Below, piece after piece: positions 48,764-57,553 of a DNA stretch of 64,000 nucleotides. Below the pieces are notes generated by a model that worked only from the letters and a program-made list of their open reading frames with translations, ran no database searches and was not told where the DNA came from. Position numbers and translations under genes: made by a program. The DNA comes from an uncultured Acidobacteriota bacterium (GTDB taxonomy: Bacteria; Acidobacteriota; Thermoanaerobaculia; Multivoradales; JAHEKO01). Numbering within the stretch: the first letter of the stretch is position 1; each line of letters starts with the position of its first letter. The stretch covers positions 768,001-832,000 of the forward strand of contig CAVQNG010000025.1 of the NCBI GenBank assembly GCA_963713825.1, given 5' to 3'.

Positions 48764-49618
48764 GTGACTATCAGAGCCGGTGAAGTCAGCGTGGTCGTCC
48801 CGACCTTCGATCGGGCGTCGGTGTTGCCGCGCGCCCTCGATTCGGTGATCGAACAGACACGCCTGCCGGCAGAAGTGATCGTCGTCGACGACGGATCGAC
48901 CGACGCCACCGCTGAGCTGGTCGAGTCCCGATTCCCAGGAGTTCGCCTGCTGCGCCAGGAGAACCTCGGCGTCAGCGCGGCCCGCAATCGGGGAATCGAA
49001 GCCTCGACGGGCGAGTGGATAGCGCTACTGGACTCGGATGACGAGTGGCAGCCGCGAAAGCTCGAACGCCAGGTAGCCGCGTTGGGAGACCAGCCGGATA
49101 TGAGGGTCTGTCACACCGACGAGATCTGGATTCGCCATGGGCGGCGTGTCAATCCGCGACACATTCATGCCAAGCACGGCGGCTGGATCTTCGAGCACTG
49201 CCTGCCCCTTTGTGCCATGTCGCCTTCGTCGATTCTGATTCATCGCAGCGTCTTCGAAGCGGTCGGGATATTCGACGAGGACCTGCCCGCCTGTGAGGAC
49301 TATGACCTCTGGCTCCGCATCTGTAGCCGCTACCCGGTCCTCTACCTCGGCGAGCCTCTGGTGGTGAAGTACGGTGGGCACGAGGACCAGTTGTCGCGGC
49401 AGGTATGGGGTCTCGATCGGTTCCGAATTCGAGCTCTCGAAAAGGTCCTGGAGGCGGGACATCTAGGTCCTCCAGAATGGCAGGCCGCCGCTGCGACGTT
49501 GCTTCAGAAAATCGAGGTCTACTTGGCGGGGGTGAGGAAGAGAGGCAGATTGGAGGAGGCCGCCGAATACGAGAGGCGTTTCGAACACTGGCGGGTCGAG
49601 CTGGATCGAGTAGGGTGA
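48764..49618 (+). CDS. Glycosyltransferase family 2
   Basis: VVDDGSTD, GVSAARN.G, LLDSDD.W, CEDYDLWLR. Confidence 0.92.
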   Translation: MTIRAGEVSVVVPTFDRASVLPRALDSVIEQTRLPAEVIVVDDGSTDATAELVESRFPGVRLLRQENLGVSAARNRGIEASTGEWIALLDSDDEWQPRKLERQVAALGDQPDMRVCHTDEIWIRHGRRVNPRHIHAKHGGWIFEHCLPLCAMSPSSILIHRSVFEAVGIFDEDLPACEDYDLWLRICSRYPVLYLGEPLVVKYGGHEDQLSRQVWGLDRFRIRALEKVLEAGHLGPPEWQAAAATLLQKIEVYLAGVRKRGRLEEAAEYERRFEHWRVELDRVG

Positions 49619-50232
49619 TGATTCAACTCGTCGTCGCTTTACCGGCCGAAGCCCGAGGTCTCGCTAAGGGTCTGGGGCTGCGGAGAATCCGGGCCAGCTA
49701 CAGATCGTGTCGGATCTATCGCGCTAGGGCTCTCGGTCTCCAGGTCTCGGGCCCGGGTCGGGGTCGTGCTGCGCGTGCCGTGGAGTCGATCGTCGAGCGA
49801 CTGGAGTCCCCGGAGTCGCAGGGCTGGCTCAACGTCGGGATCGCCGGTCACCCGGATCTCGCTCCAGGGACCTGTCTGCTCGCCGAGGAGATTGTCGAGA
49901 CGGCCACTGGCCGCTCCTGGCGACCGAGAATCCCTTTCCAGACGAGCTGCATCAGAGCCTCGGTTCGAACCGTCGACCGTCCAGAGACTGAGTTCCCATT
50001 CCATGCCGCGTTCGACATGGAGGCCTCCGGCTTCTTTGCCGCTGCCAGCCGGATCGCCACCCCTGGCCAGGTGCAGGTACTCAAAGTTGTCTCCGACAAT
50101 CGCGGCGACGACTTGAATGCACTGACCGGCAAACGGGTCGAGGAGTTGATGCTCGACGCCTGTCCCCAGATCGCAGAGCTCCTGGGCCGTATGGCGAGGC
50201 TCTGCGGGCAGCGAGATTACGTGGTGGATTGA
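49618..50232 (+). CDS. Nucleoside phosphorylase / MTA-SAH nucleosidase-fold protein
   Basis: TGATG overlap with the GT2 stop; ALPAEA, LNVGIAG, DMEASGF, LKVVSDN. Confidence 0.75.
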   Translation: MIQLVVALPAEARGLAKGLGLRRIRASYRSCRIYRARALGLQVSGPGRGRAARAVESIVERLESPESQGWLNVGIAGHPDLAPGTCLLAEEIVETATGRSWRPRIPFQTSCIRASVRTVDRPETEFPFHAAFDMEASGFFAAASRIATPGQVQVLKVVSDNRGDDLNALTGKRVEELMLDACPQIAELLGRMARLCGQRDYVVD

Positions 50233-50258
50233 CAGTCGAGGAGATCCCGGGTTAGCCT
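50229..50258 (+). promoter_or_regulatory. his operon promoter
   Basis: TTGACA at 50229-50234, 18-bp spacer, TAGCCT at 50253-50258. Confidence 0.6.
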
Positions 50259-50276
50259 CGCGGTCGGAGATTATTC

Positions 50277-50345
50277 ATGAGCTTTGCGAATCGTCACCAC
50301 CATCATTCTCATGACAACCCCAGAAGGGGCGGAGTGATGGTGTAG
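50277..50345 (+). CDS. hisL: His operon leader peptide MSFANRHHHHSHDNPRRGGVMV
   Basis: GGAGA RBS; 5 His codons (4 consecutive) in 22 codons; lies between the promoter and the terminator upstream of hisG. Confidence 0.85.
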   Translation: MSFANRHHHHSHDNPRRGGVMV

Positions 50346-50373
50346 GCACGAGTTCCAAAGACCGAAACCAGAG

Positions 50374-50401
50374 CGCCGGCCCCGAGCCGGCGTTTTTCTT
50401 T
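50374..50401 (+). terminator. Attenuator terminator of the his leader
   Basis: CGCCGGC-CCCGA-GCCGGCG followed by TTTTTCTTT, about 45 bp upstream of hisG. Confidence 0.85.
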
Positions 50402-50445
50402 CTACGGAGATCGAGGCGTCGGCCGGGGGAGGCGGGGAGGAGAGC

Positions 50446-51312
50446 ATGGCGACAAGACCGAAGCTTCGATTGGCGATTCCCAAGGGCCGCATGCAGGACG
50501 GTGTGGTCGATGTACTGGCTGGAGCCGGGATCCGTCTCAGCGACACAGCGCGGGGCTACCGCCCCTTCATTTCCCTGCCAGACTGCGAAGTCAAGCTCCT
50601 CAAGCCCCAGAACATCGTCGAGATGCTTCAGGCCGGTTCTCGAGATCTCGGCTTCTCAGGCGCGGACTGGGTGTCGGAGCTCGATGGTCGACTCGAGGAG
50701 CTAGTAGATACCGGATTGGATCCGGTCCAGCTGGTGGTGGCGGCGCCGGCAGAGCTTCTCGACCGGGGTTGTCTACCGGAACGTCCTCTAGTCGTTGCCT
50801 CCGAATACGAGCGGCTGACCCGAGGCTGGATCGAGACCCGGTGTATCACCGCCAAGTTCGTCCATTCCTACGGAGCAACCGAGGTCTTTCCTCCCGAAGA
50901 TGCCGATCTGATCGTCGACAACACGGCTACGGGTTCGACGCTCGTGGCCAATGGATTGCAGATTGTCGATCAGCTGATGGAGTCGTCGACCCGGCTCTAC
51001 GCCAGTCCCGAGGCCATGCGGGATCCAGGTAGACGGCAGTCGATCGAGGACTTCGTGCTGCTGGTGAGATCCGTGCTCGAGGCGCGAAGTCGGGTCATGG
51101 TCGAGGTCAATGTCGCTCCTGACCGACTCGAGAGTGTACTGGAGGTCCTTCCGTGTATGCGAGAGCCGACGGTCTCTCCGTTGGCTGGTGGTACTGGCTT
51201 CGCAGTCAAGGCAGCGGTTCCCAGCCTCGATATTCCCTCGATCATTCCCACTTTGAAGAGCCGCGGAGGTGCAGATGTCGTGGTGACACGACTCGCGCAG
51301 ATCGTGCCATGA
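50446..51312 (+). CDS. hisG: ATP phosphoribosyltransferase, long form
   Basis: LAIPKGR, DLGFSG.D, GATE, ADLIVD..TG.TL..NGL, C-terminal regulatory domain. Confidence 0.95.
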   Translation: MATRPKLRLAIPKGRMQDGVVDVLAGAGIRLSDTARGYRPFISLPDCEVKLLKPQNIVEMLQAGSRDLGFSGADWVSELDGRLEELVDTGLDPVQLVVAAPAELLDRGCLPERPLVVASEYERLTRGWIETRCITAKFVHSYGATEVFPPEDADLIVDNTATGSTLVANGLQIVDQLMESSTRLYASPEAMRDPGRRQSIEDFVLLVRSVLEARSRVMVEVNVAPDRLESVLEVLPCMREPTVSPLAGGTGFAVKAAVPSLDIPSIIPTLKSRGGADVVVTRLAQIVP

Positions 51313-53024
51313 GCGCTATCTCGACGGTCTTGCGTCCACGGCCCAGTGTGGCCGAGATTTCCACCTACGAGCCTCACCAGCGCAGGGTCGGCATCGATCT
51401 CTGGCTGGATGCCAACGAGGCCATCGCTCCGCTTCCTGAGCTGGCCAAGAGTCTACGAAGGGCGTTCGACTCGGTGCATCGGTACCCGAACAACGTTGAG
51501 CTGGAGAGCCTTCTGTCGCAGTCCTTCGGAATCGAGCCCGAGCAGGTTCTGATCACGGCGGGGGGTGACGATGGACTCGAGAGGGGTGTGCGGGCTGTCT
51601 GCTCACCCGGACGTGAAGTGATTCTCACCAGTCCGAGCTTCGAGATGCTGCAGCGGTATGTGCTGCTGAATGGTGGATCGATCACCGAGCTGTCCTGGTG
51701 GTCGGGTGAGTGGCCGGTCGACGAGGCGTTGGCAAAGGCCTCCTCGCGCACCTGTGCAATTGCTGTGGTGAGCCCGAACAATCCGACTGGCAGTGTCATT
51801 ACTGCGGAGGCGCTGAGGCGCCTGGCGAAGTCGCTGCCGGGCGTGCTGCTGCTTCTCGATCACGCCTACGTGGACTTCGCCGATGAGGACCTGACAGCGA
51901 CGGCTTTGGAATATCCGAACGTCGTGGTCCTTCGAACGCTCTCCAAGGCCTGGGCGGCGGCCGGCTTGCGGGTCGGCTATGCGTTGGGGGACGCGCAAGT
52001 CATTTCGTGGCTCAGGGCGGCTGGCCAGCCGTATCCAGTCAGCGGCCCCTCCCTGATCGCGGCCAATCGACTTCTTTCAGAGCCCCAGAGGATCGCTCCA
52101 TCAGTCGAGAGGGTTCGGCGACAACGCTACCGGATCCTCGAAGGGCTCCGGGCCGTGGGTCTAGAGGCGATGGACTCGCAGGCCAACTTCGTTCTGGCAC
52201 GATCTCGGGATTCGGACTGGATCCTCGACGGCTTGGCTGGTCTGGGAATCGCGGTACGCGCTTTTCCGGGAAGACCCGACCTCGAAGATTGTTTGCGCAT
52301 TACAGTTCCGAGCGAGGAGGTCCATGTCGACCGGTTGCTGCGAGCCATTCGGACTACTCTCGAACCGCAGGCTGTGCTGTTTGACCTCGATGGTGTTCTT
52401 GCCGATGTGTCCAGATCCTATCGTTTAGCGATCATCGAGACGGCACGGGTCTTTGGAGTCGAGCTGACCGCAGAGGAGATTACCCAATCCAAGGCGGCTG
52501 GCAACAGTAACAACGACTGGCTCTTGACGCAGGTGTTGCTGCGACAGCGCGGGCTGGAAAAGCCATTGGCGAAGATCCGAGATGTTTTCGAATCTTTCTA
52601 TCAGGGGACTGATGGGCAGGCTGGATTGTGGAAGGACGAGCCTTTGCTGATCGACCGCGATGTTCTGCGCGATCTGGCCGCGAGGTACCCACTGGCGATC
52701 GTGACCGGAAGGCCCAGGTCCGATGCTGTCCGGTTCCTCGAGATGCACCGCATACGGAAGTTCTTCTCTGCACTGACGACGATGGAGTACGGGCCCGCCA
52801 AACCCGATCCGGCACCAGTCCTGTCGGTCCTCGATTCCCTGTCCATAGAGCGAGCCTGGATGATCGGTGATACGCCCGACGACATCTTGGCGGCCCGCGC
52901 GGCCGGTGTGCTTCCGATCGGTGTGATGTCTCCCGCCGACGAGGCAGAGCAGGCTCGGAGGGGCCTCACACAGGCCTCCAGGGTACTTCGAACTGTCAAC
53001 CAGATTCAGGAGATGCTGCCATGA
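51309..53024 (+). CDS. hisC: Histidinol-phosphate aminotransferase fused to a C-terminal HAD phosphatase
   Basis: LDANE, SPNNPTG, D.AY, RTLSKAW..AGLRVGY, then FDLDGVL, VTGR, KPDP, MIGDTPDD with no intervening stop. Confidence 0.92.
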   Translation: MSAISTVLRPRPSVAEISTYEPHQRRVGIDLWLDANEAIAPLPELAKSLRRAFDSVHRYPNNVELESLLSQSFGIEPEQVLITAGGDDGLERGVRAVCSPGREVILTSPSFEMLQRYVLLNGGSITELSWWSGEWPVDEALAKASSRTCAIAVVSPNNPTGSVITAEALRRLAKSLPGVLLLLDHAYVDFADEDLTATALEYPNVVVLRTLSKAWAAAGLRVGYALGDAQVISWLRAAGQPYPVSGPSLIAANRLLSEPQRIAPSVERVRRQRYRILEGLRAVGLEAMDSQANFVLARSRDSDWILDGLAGLGIAVRAFPGRPDLEDCLRITVPSEEVHVDRLLRAIRTTLEPQAVLFDLDGVLADVSRSYRLAIIETARVFGVELTAEEITQSKAAGNSNNDWLLTQVLLRQRGLEKPLAKIRDVFESFYQGTDGQAGLWKDEPLLIDRDVLRDLAARYPLAIVTGRPRSDAVRFLEMHRIRKFFSALTTMEYGPAKPDPAPVLSVLDSLSIERAWMIGDTPDDILAARAAGVLPIGVMSPADEAEQARRGLTQASRVLRTVNQIQEMLP

Positions 53025-53611
53025 AGACGCGGAGTATTCACATCGACAGAAGAACCTCGGAGACAGCCGTGACGGTTGATCTGGAGCTCCTTGGTACTCG
53101 GCAGGTCGAGATCGCAACGGGCATAGGATTTCTCGATCACCTTTTATCGGCGCTGGCCTTTCATGCCGGGTGGAACCTGAGTCTCACGTGCACGGGCGAC
53201 CTCGGGATCGACGATCACCATACGGCCGAAGACAGTGCCTTGGCGCTCGGAGAGGCAGTGGGGAGCCTGCTCGGTGACCGTAGCGGCATTCGCCGCTTTG
53301 GATCGGCTCATGTGCCCTTGGACGAGTCGCTGGCGCGGGCGGTGGTGGATCTTTCAGCACGCCCTTGGCCGGAGATTCACCTTGGTTTGGCGCGGGAGCG
53401 GCTGGGAGGCCTGTCGGCTGAGAACGTGGGGCACGTGCTGACCTCGTTTGCGATGCAGGCCCGATGTGCTCTGCATGTCGATCTCTTGCGGGGTACCAAT
53501 GATCATCACAGAGCCGAAGCTGCTTTCAAGGCTACCGCTCTGGCCTTTCGGCAGGCCTTGGAGCCAGCAGACTTTCAGGGTGTACCGAGCACCAAAGGGA
53601 GGCTCGCATGA
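53021..53611 (+). CDS. hisB: Imidazoleglycerol-phosphate dehydratase, monofunctional
   Basis: TGIGFLDH, DDHHT.ED, PLDESL, NDHH..EA.FKA. Confidence 0.96.
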   Translation: MKTRSIHIDRRTSETAVTVDLELLGTRQVEIATGIGFLDHLLSALAFHAGWNLSLTCTGDLGIDDHHTAEDSALALGEAVGSLLGDRSGIRRFGSAHVPLDESLARAVVDLSARPWPEIHLGLARERLGGLSAENVGHVLTSFAMQARCALHVDLLRGTNDHHRAEAAFKATALAFRQALEPADFQGVPSTKGRLA

Positions 53612-54219
53612 GCGTCGCTTCGGTCGCTGTGGTGCGCACCGGCGCGGCGAACTTGGCCTCGGTACTGGTAGCCCTGAGACGAGCTGGCAGCCGGCCCGAT
53701 CTCGTGGCCTCCCCAGAAGGGGTGGAATCGGCTGGAGCGCTGGTGCTTCCGGGAGTGGGAGCCTTCGAGTCCGTGATGAGTCGACTAAATGCGGCTGGGC
53801 TTGTCGAGCCTCTTGTCGAAAGGATTCGCGGTGGCCGACCGACACTGGCGATCTGCCTCGGCCTGCAGCTGCTCGCCGAGTCGAGCGAGGAAGCGCCTGG
53901 AGTTCGAGGACTCGGTGCGCTTCGGACCCAAGTCAGCCGTTTTCCCGCCTCGGTCAGAGTACCGCAGCTAGGCTGGAATCGAGTTATCGCAGGCCCTGGA
54001 TGCCATCTCCTTGAAGATGGTGTCGCCTACTTCGCAAACTCGTTTCGATTGCGGGCGGCCCCGGATTGGGTTTCGGCGACTGCCGACCACGGGGGTCCCT
54101 TCGTGGCTGGGGTCGAGAAGGGGGCCGTTCTCGGATGCCAGTTCCATCCCGAGCTCTCTGGAGCTTGGGGCCAGCGGCTCCTGCAACGCTGGCTTTCTGC
54201 TGCCCAGGGAGCCTCGTGA
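53608..54219 (+). CDS. hisH: IGP synthase glutaminase subunit
   Basis: LPGVGAF, ICLGLQLL, GWN, QFHPE.S. Confidence 0.95.
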   Translation: MSVASVAVVRTGAANLASVLVALRRAGSRPDLVASPEGVESAGALVLPGVGAFESVMSRLNAAGLVEPLVERIRGGRPTLAICLGLQLLAESSEEAPGVRGLGALRTQVSRFPASVRVPQLGWNRVIAGPGCHLLEDGVAYFANSFRLRAAPDWVSATADHGGPFVAGVEKGAVLGCQFHPELSGAWGQRLLQRWLSAAQGAS

Positions 54220-54971
54220 TGCTCTTGCCACGAGTCATACCCTGTCTGGACGTCGCCGGCGGTCGGGTCGTGAAAGGAGTTCGGTTTCAGGGCCTGAGGG
54301 ACACGGGTGATCCGGTGGTACTGGCCCGAACCTATGCGGAATCCGGTGCTGACGAGATCGTGATTCTCGACGTCGGAGCGACGCCGGAGATGCGAGATCA
54401 CAGCGTGGAGACGGTGCACGCAGTCCGTGAGGTCCTACCCCTGCCACTCACCGTTGGCGGTGGAGTGCGCCAGGTAGCCGACGCCGAAGCCCTGCTCGAA
54501 GCCGGTGCTGACAAGGTCGCTGTCAACACGGCGGCGGTCGAGGACCCGAGCCTGCTGTCACGATTGGCGTCACGCTTTGGCTGCCAGTGCACAGTTCTGG
54601 CGATCGACGCGGCCCTCGATGGGGAGCGATGGTCGATCGTCGTTCGTTCGGGCCGTGATCGACTCGACCACGACGCTGTCGAGTGGGCTCGTCGGGCTGC
54701 CGATCTCGGTGCGGGAGAGATCCTGTTGACGAGCTGGGATCGGGACGGAACGCGCAGCGGCTACGACCTTGAGCTCTTGTCCGCGATCCGTCGAGCCGTG
54801 ACCGTTCCGGTGATCGCTTCAGGTGGTGCGGCAGGACCTGAACACATGGTGGCAGCGATTCGAGCCGGGGCCGACGCGGTTCTGGCCGCCTCGATCTTCC
54901 ACGAAGGCCACTACACGGTAAATGACCTGAAACGAGATCTGGAGAAGCAGGGATTGGAGGTGCGTCGATGA
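54219..54971 (+). CDS. hisF: IGP synthase cyclase subunit
   Basis: RVIPCLDV..GRVVKG, GADKV, GAGEILLTS.DRDGT, IASGG. Confidence 0.96.
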   Translation: MLLPRVIPCLDVAGGRVVKGVRFQGLRDTGDPVVLARTYAESGADEIVILDVGATPEMRDHSVETVHAVREVLPLPLTVGGGVRQVADAEALLEAGADKVAVNTAAVEDPSLLSRLASRFGCQCTVLAIDAALDGERWSIVVRSGRDRLDHDAVEWARRAADLGAGEILLTSWDRDGTRSGYDLELLSAIRRAVTVPVIASGGAAGPEHMVAAIRAGADAVLAASIFHEGHYTVNDLKRDLEKQGLEVRR

Positions 54972-56263
54972 TCGTACCGTCGATCGACTTGATGAACGGT
55001 CATGCTGTGCAGCTTGTCGGGGGTAGGGATCTGGCGATCGATGCTGGCGACCCGATGGCGGTAGCGGAGCGCTTTTCAGTGGCCGGAGAGCTGGCCGTCA
55101 TCGACCTGGATGCAGCGCTCGGGCGAGGTTCGAATCGACGCCTGATCGAGCGCCTCGTACGACGCTTTCGGTGTCGGGTCGGAGGTGGGATACGGTCTGT
55201 CGATGCTGCCTTGGACTGGATCGACGCGGGAGCGGAGCAGGTGATCCTCGGCACTGCAGCGACGCCCGGGATCCTGCAGGAGCTACCTCGGGATCGGGTC
55301 ATTGCTGCGGTCGACAGCGTCGAAGGTCGGGTGGTGGTGGACGGTTGGCGTCGCGAGGCGGGGGACCGCCTGATGGATCGCATCACCGCACTCGAGGGAT
55401 TGGTCGGCGGCTTTCTGGTGACCTTCGTCGAGCGGGAGGGCCGCCTTGAAGGTACCGATCTGGAGCGGGCTCGAGCTGTCGTTGGTGGCGCGGGTGGGGC
55501 GACAGTTACTGTCGCTGGCGGCGTCTCTAACACCGAGGAGATCGCGGCTCTCGACGCAATTGGCGCTGACGCCCAGGTGGGCATGGCTCTCTACAATGGT
55601 CAGCTACCTCTGGCGGCTGGAATCGAGGCTCCGCTCAAGTCGGATAGACCGGACGGGCTATGGCCGACCGTCGTCTGCGATGAGGACGGTCGGGCGCTCG
55701 GCCTGGTTTTCTCGAGCTCAGAGAGCCTACGCCAGGCTGTCGACCGCAGGCAGGGAATCTACGAATCGCGACGGCGCGGTTTGTGGGTTAAAGGAGAGAC
55801 CTCGGGGAACTTCCAAGAGTTGCTGGAGGTCAGGCCCGATTGTGATCGTGATGCGCTTCGCTTCACTGTCCGCCAGGCCGGGCAAGGCCACTGCCATCGA
55901 GGTACTCGGACCTGTTGGGGTCCCGACGGTGGATTGGGAGCGCTGGAGCGACGACTGGCCGAGCGCCTGGGCTCCGACGATATCGATTCCTACTCGCGGA
56001 TACTGGCCGGTGATTCTGACCGTCTCCGGAGCAAGCTCAACGAAGAAGCCGACGAGCTCGCTGTGGCCCTTGAGCATCATGACGTGGTGTGGGAAGCGGC
56101 GGACCTTTTGTACTTCGCGGCGCTGAAGTTGGCGTCTGCTGAAGTGTCCTGGTATGAGGTGCTTCGAGAGCTCGACCGCAGAGATCGAGTGAGCCGCCGC
56201 CGCGACGGGAGCCGCAAATTTTCGATGAGCAGTTCGATCGATCGACCAGGAGGCGTGCAGTGA
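54968..56263 (+). CDS. hisA/hisIE: HisA-like TIM barrel fused to HisI and HisE domains
   Basis: IVPSIDL..G.AVQL..G, VGGGIR; then SR.R.LW.KGETSGN, DCD.D, CH.G..TC; then KL.EEA.E, EAADLLY. Confidence 0.9.
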   Translation: MIVPSIDLMNGHAVQLVGGRDLAIDAGDPMAVAERFSVAGELAVIDLDAALGRGSNRRLIERLVRRFRCRVGGGIRSVDAALDWIDAGAEQVILGTAATPGILQELPRDRVIAAVDSVEGRVVVDGWRREAGDRLMDRITALEGLVGGFLVTFVEREGRLEGTDLERARAVVGGAGGATVTVAGGVSNTEEIAALDAIGADAQVGMALYNGQLPLAAGIEAPLKSDRPDGLWPTVVCDEDGRALGLVFSSSESLRQAVDRRQGIYESRRRGLWVKGETSGNFQELLEVRPDCDRDALRFTVRQAGQGHCHRGTRTCWGPDGGLGALERRLAERLGSDDIDSYSRILAGDSDRLRSKLNEEADELAVALEHHDVVWEAADLLYFAALKLASAEVSWYEVLRELDRRDRVSRRRDGSRKFSMSSSIDRPGGVQ

Positions 56264-57543
56264 CGCACTTTCGATGGGCGCGACTGACTCCTGACGAGGT
56301 TCACGAGCTCCCTCGCCTCCCGGTCGACCAGTTGACTCTGGCGACGGCCGGGGAGATTGTCGAAGCGGTAGAACGACAGGGAGAGACCGCGGTCCGGCGA
56401 TACGCGGAGCACTTTGGCGAGCTCGAACCTGGCAGGCCCTGGATGCTCGATGCTGACGATCTGAGGCGGGCCCTGACGGCTCTCGACAGCTCCCAGCGAG
56501 CCCTGTTGGAGCGAGCGGCGGAGCGAATCGAGCGCTTCGCCGTCGCACAACGGGATTCGATTCGAGATTTCTCCCTCTCCGTACCCGGTGGTCTCGTGGG
56601 TCAGGAGCTGGTGCCGATTCAAAGAGCGGGGTGCTACGCCCCCGGTGGGCGGTATCCGCTTCCTTCGTCCGTCCTGATGACCGCCTTGACGGCTCGCGTT
56701 GCAGGTGTCGATGAGGTTTGGGTGGCGTCACCTCGGCCGCAGCCGATCCAGATTGCGGCCGCGGCGGTAGCGGGTGCCAACGGACTCCTGGCTGTCGGTG
56801 GAGCGCATGCGATCGCCGCCCTTGCATTCGGAGTTGGATGTAGGCAGCCATGTGACGTTGTCGTCGGTCCTGGAAACCGCTGGGTTACCGCTGCCAAGCA
56901 TCTGGTGGCGGGCAGGGTTGGCATCGACATGCTCGCTGGGCCTTCCGAGCTCGTCGTGCTAGCTGACACCAGTGCCCAACCAACCCTCGTTGCCGCGGAT
57001 CTCCTGGCTCAGGCCGAGCACGATCCTGATGCTCTTCCGATTCTGGTAAGCGTCGATACTCGGCTCGTCGATCAGGTCGAATCGGCCCTCATGGCACAAC
57101 TCGAGAGCCTTCCAACAGCCGAGATTGCAGTGATCGCACTCCAGCGCGGCTTCGCGGTCACGGCCGGCAGCCTCTCGGAGGCTGCAGCGATCTGCGACCG
57201 TCTGGCTCCTGAGCATCTACAGGTGGTGACGGAGCACCCTGATCGGGACGCGGGTCTCCTGCACCACTACGGTGCCCTGTTTCTGGGCCCGTCGAGCGCC
57301 GAGGTCTTTGCGGACTACGGAATCGGCCCAAACCACACCTTGCCAACCGGAGGTAGTGCCAGGTATCGGGGGGGTCTTTCAGTGCTGGATTTTCTTCGAG
57401 TCCGTACCTGGATGGCGCTCAACAGCAAGACATCGGAGATGTCACTAGTTGAGGACAGTGCCGAATTCGCCCGACTTGAGGGCCTCGAGGCGCATGCTCG
57501 ATCAGCCCTGATTCGAAATCCGAGGGGCGTTGGGATGAAGTAG
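56260..57543 (+). CDS. hisD: Histidinol dehydrogenase
   Basis: YAPGG, GPGN.WV..AK, IDM.AGPSE, QAEHD, APEHL, GPNHTLPT, EGL.AH. Confidence 0.96.
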   Translation: MTHFRWARLTPDEVHELPRLPVDQLTLATAGEIVEAVERQGETAVRRYAEHFGELEPGRPWMLDADDLRRALTALDSSQRALLERAAERIERFAVAQRDSIRDFSLSVPGGLVGQELVPIQRAGCYAPGGRYPLPSSVLMTALTARVAGVDEVWVASPRPQPIQIAAAAVAGANGLLAVGGAHAIAALAFGVGCRQPCDVVVGPGNRWVTAAKHLVAGRVGIDMLAGPSELVVLADTSAQPTLVAADLLAQAEHDPDALPILVSVDTRLVDQVESALMAQLESLPTAEIAVIALQRGFAVTAGSLSEAAAICDRLAPEHLQVVTEHPDRDAGLLHHYGALFLGPSSAEVFADYGIGPNHTLPTGGSARYRGGLSVLDFLRVRTWMALNSKTSEMSLVEDSAEFARLEGLEAHARSALIRNPRGVGMK

Positions 57544-57553
57544 CTCGTCCGGA

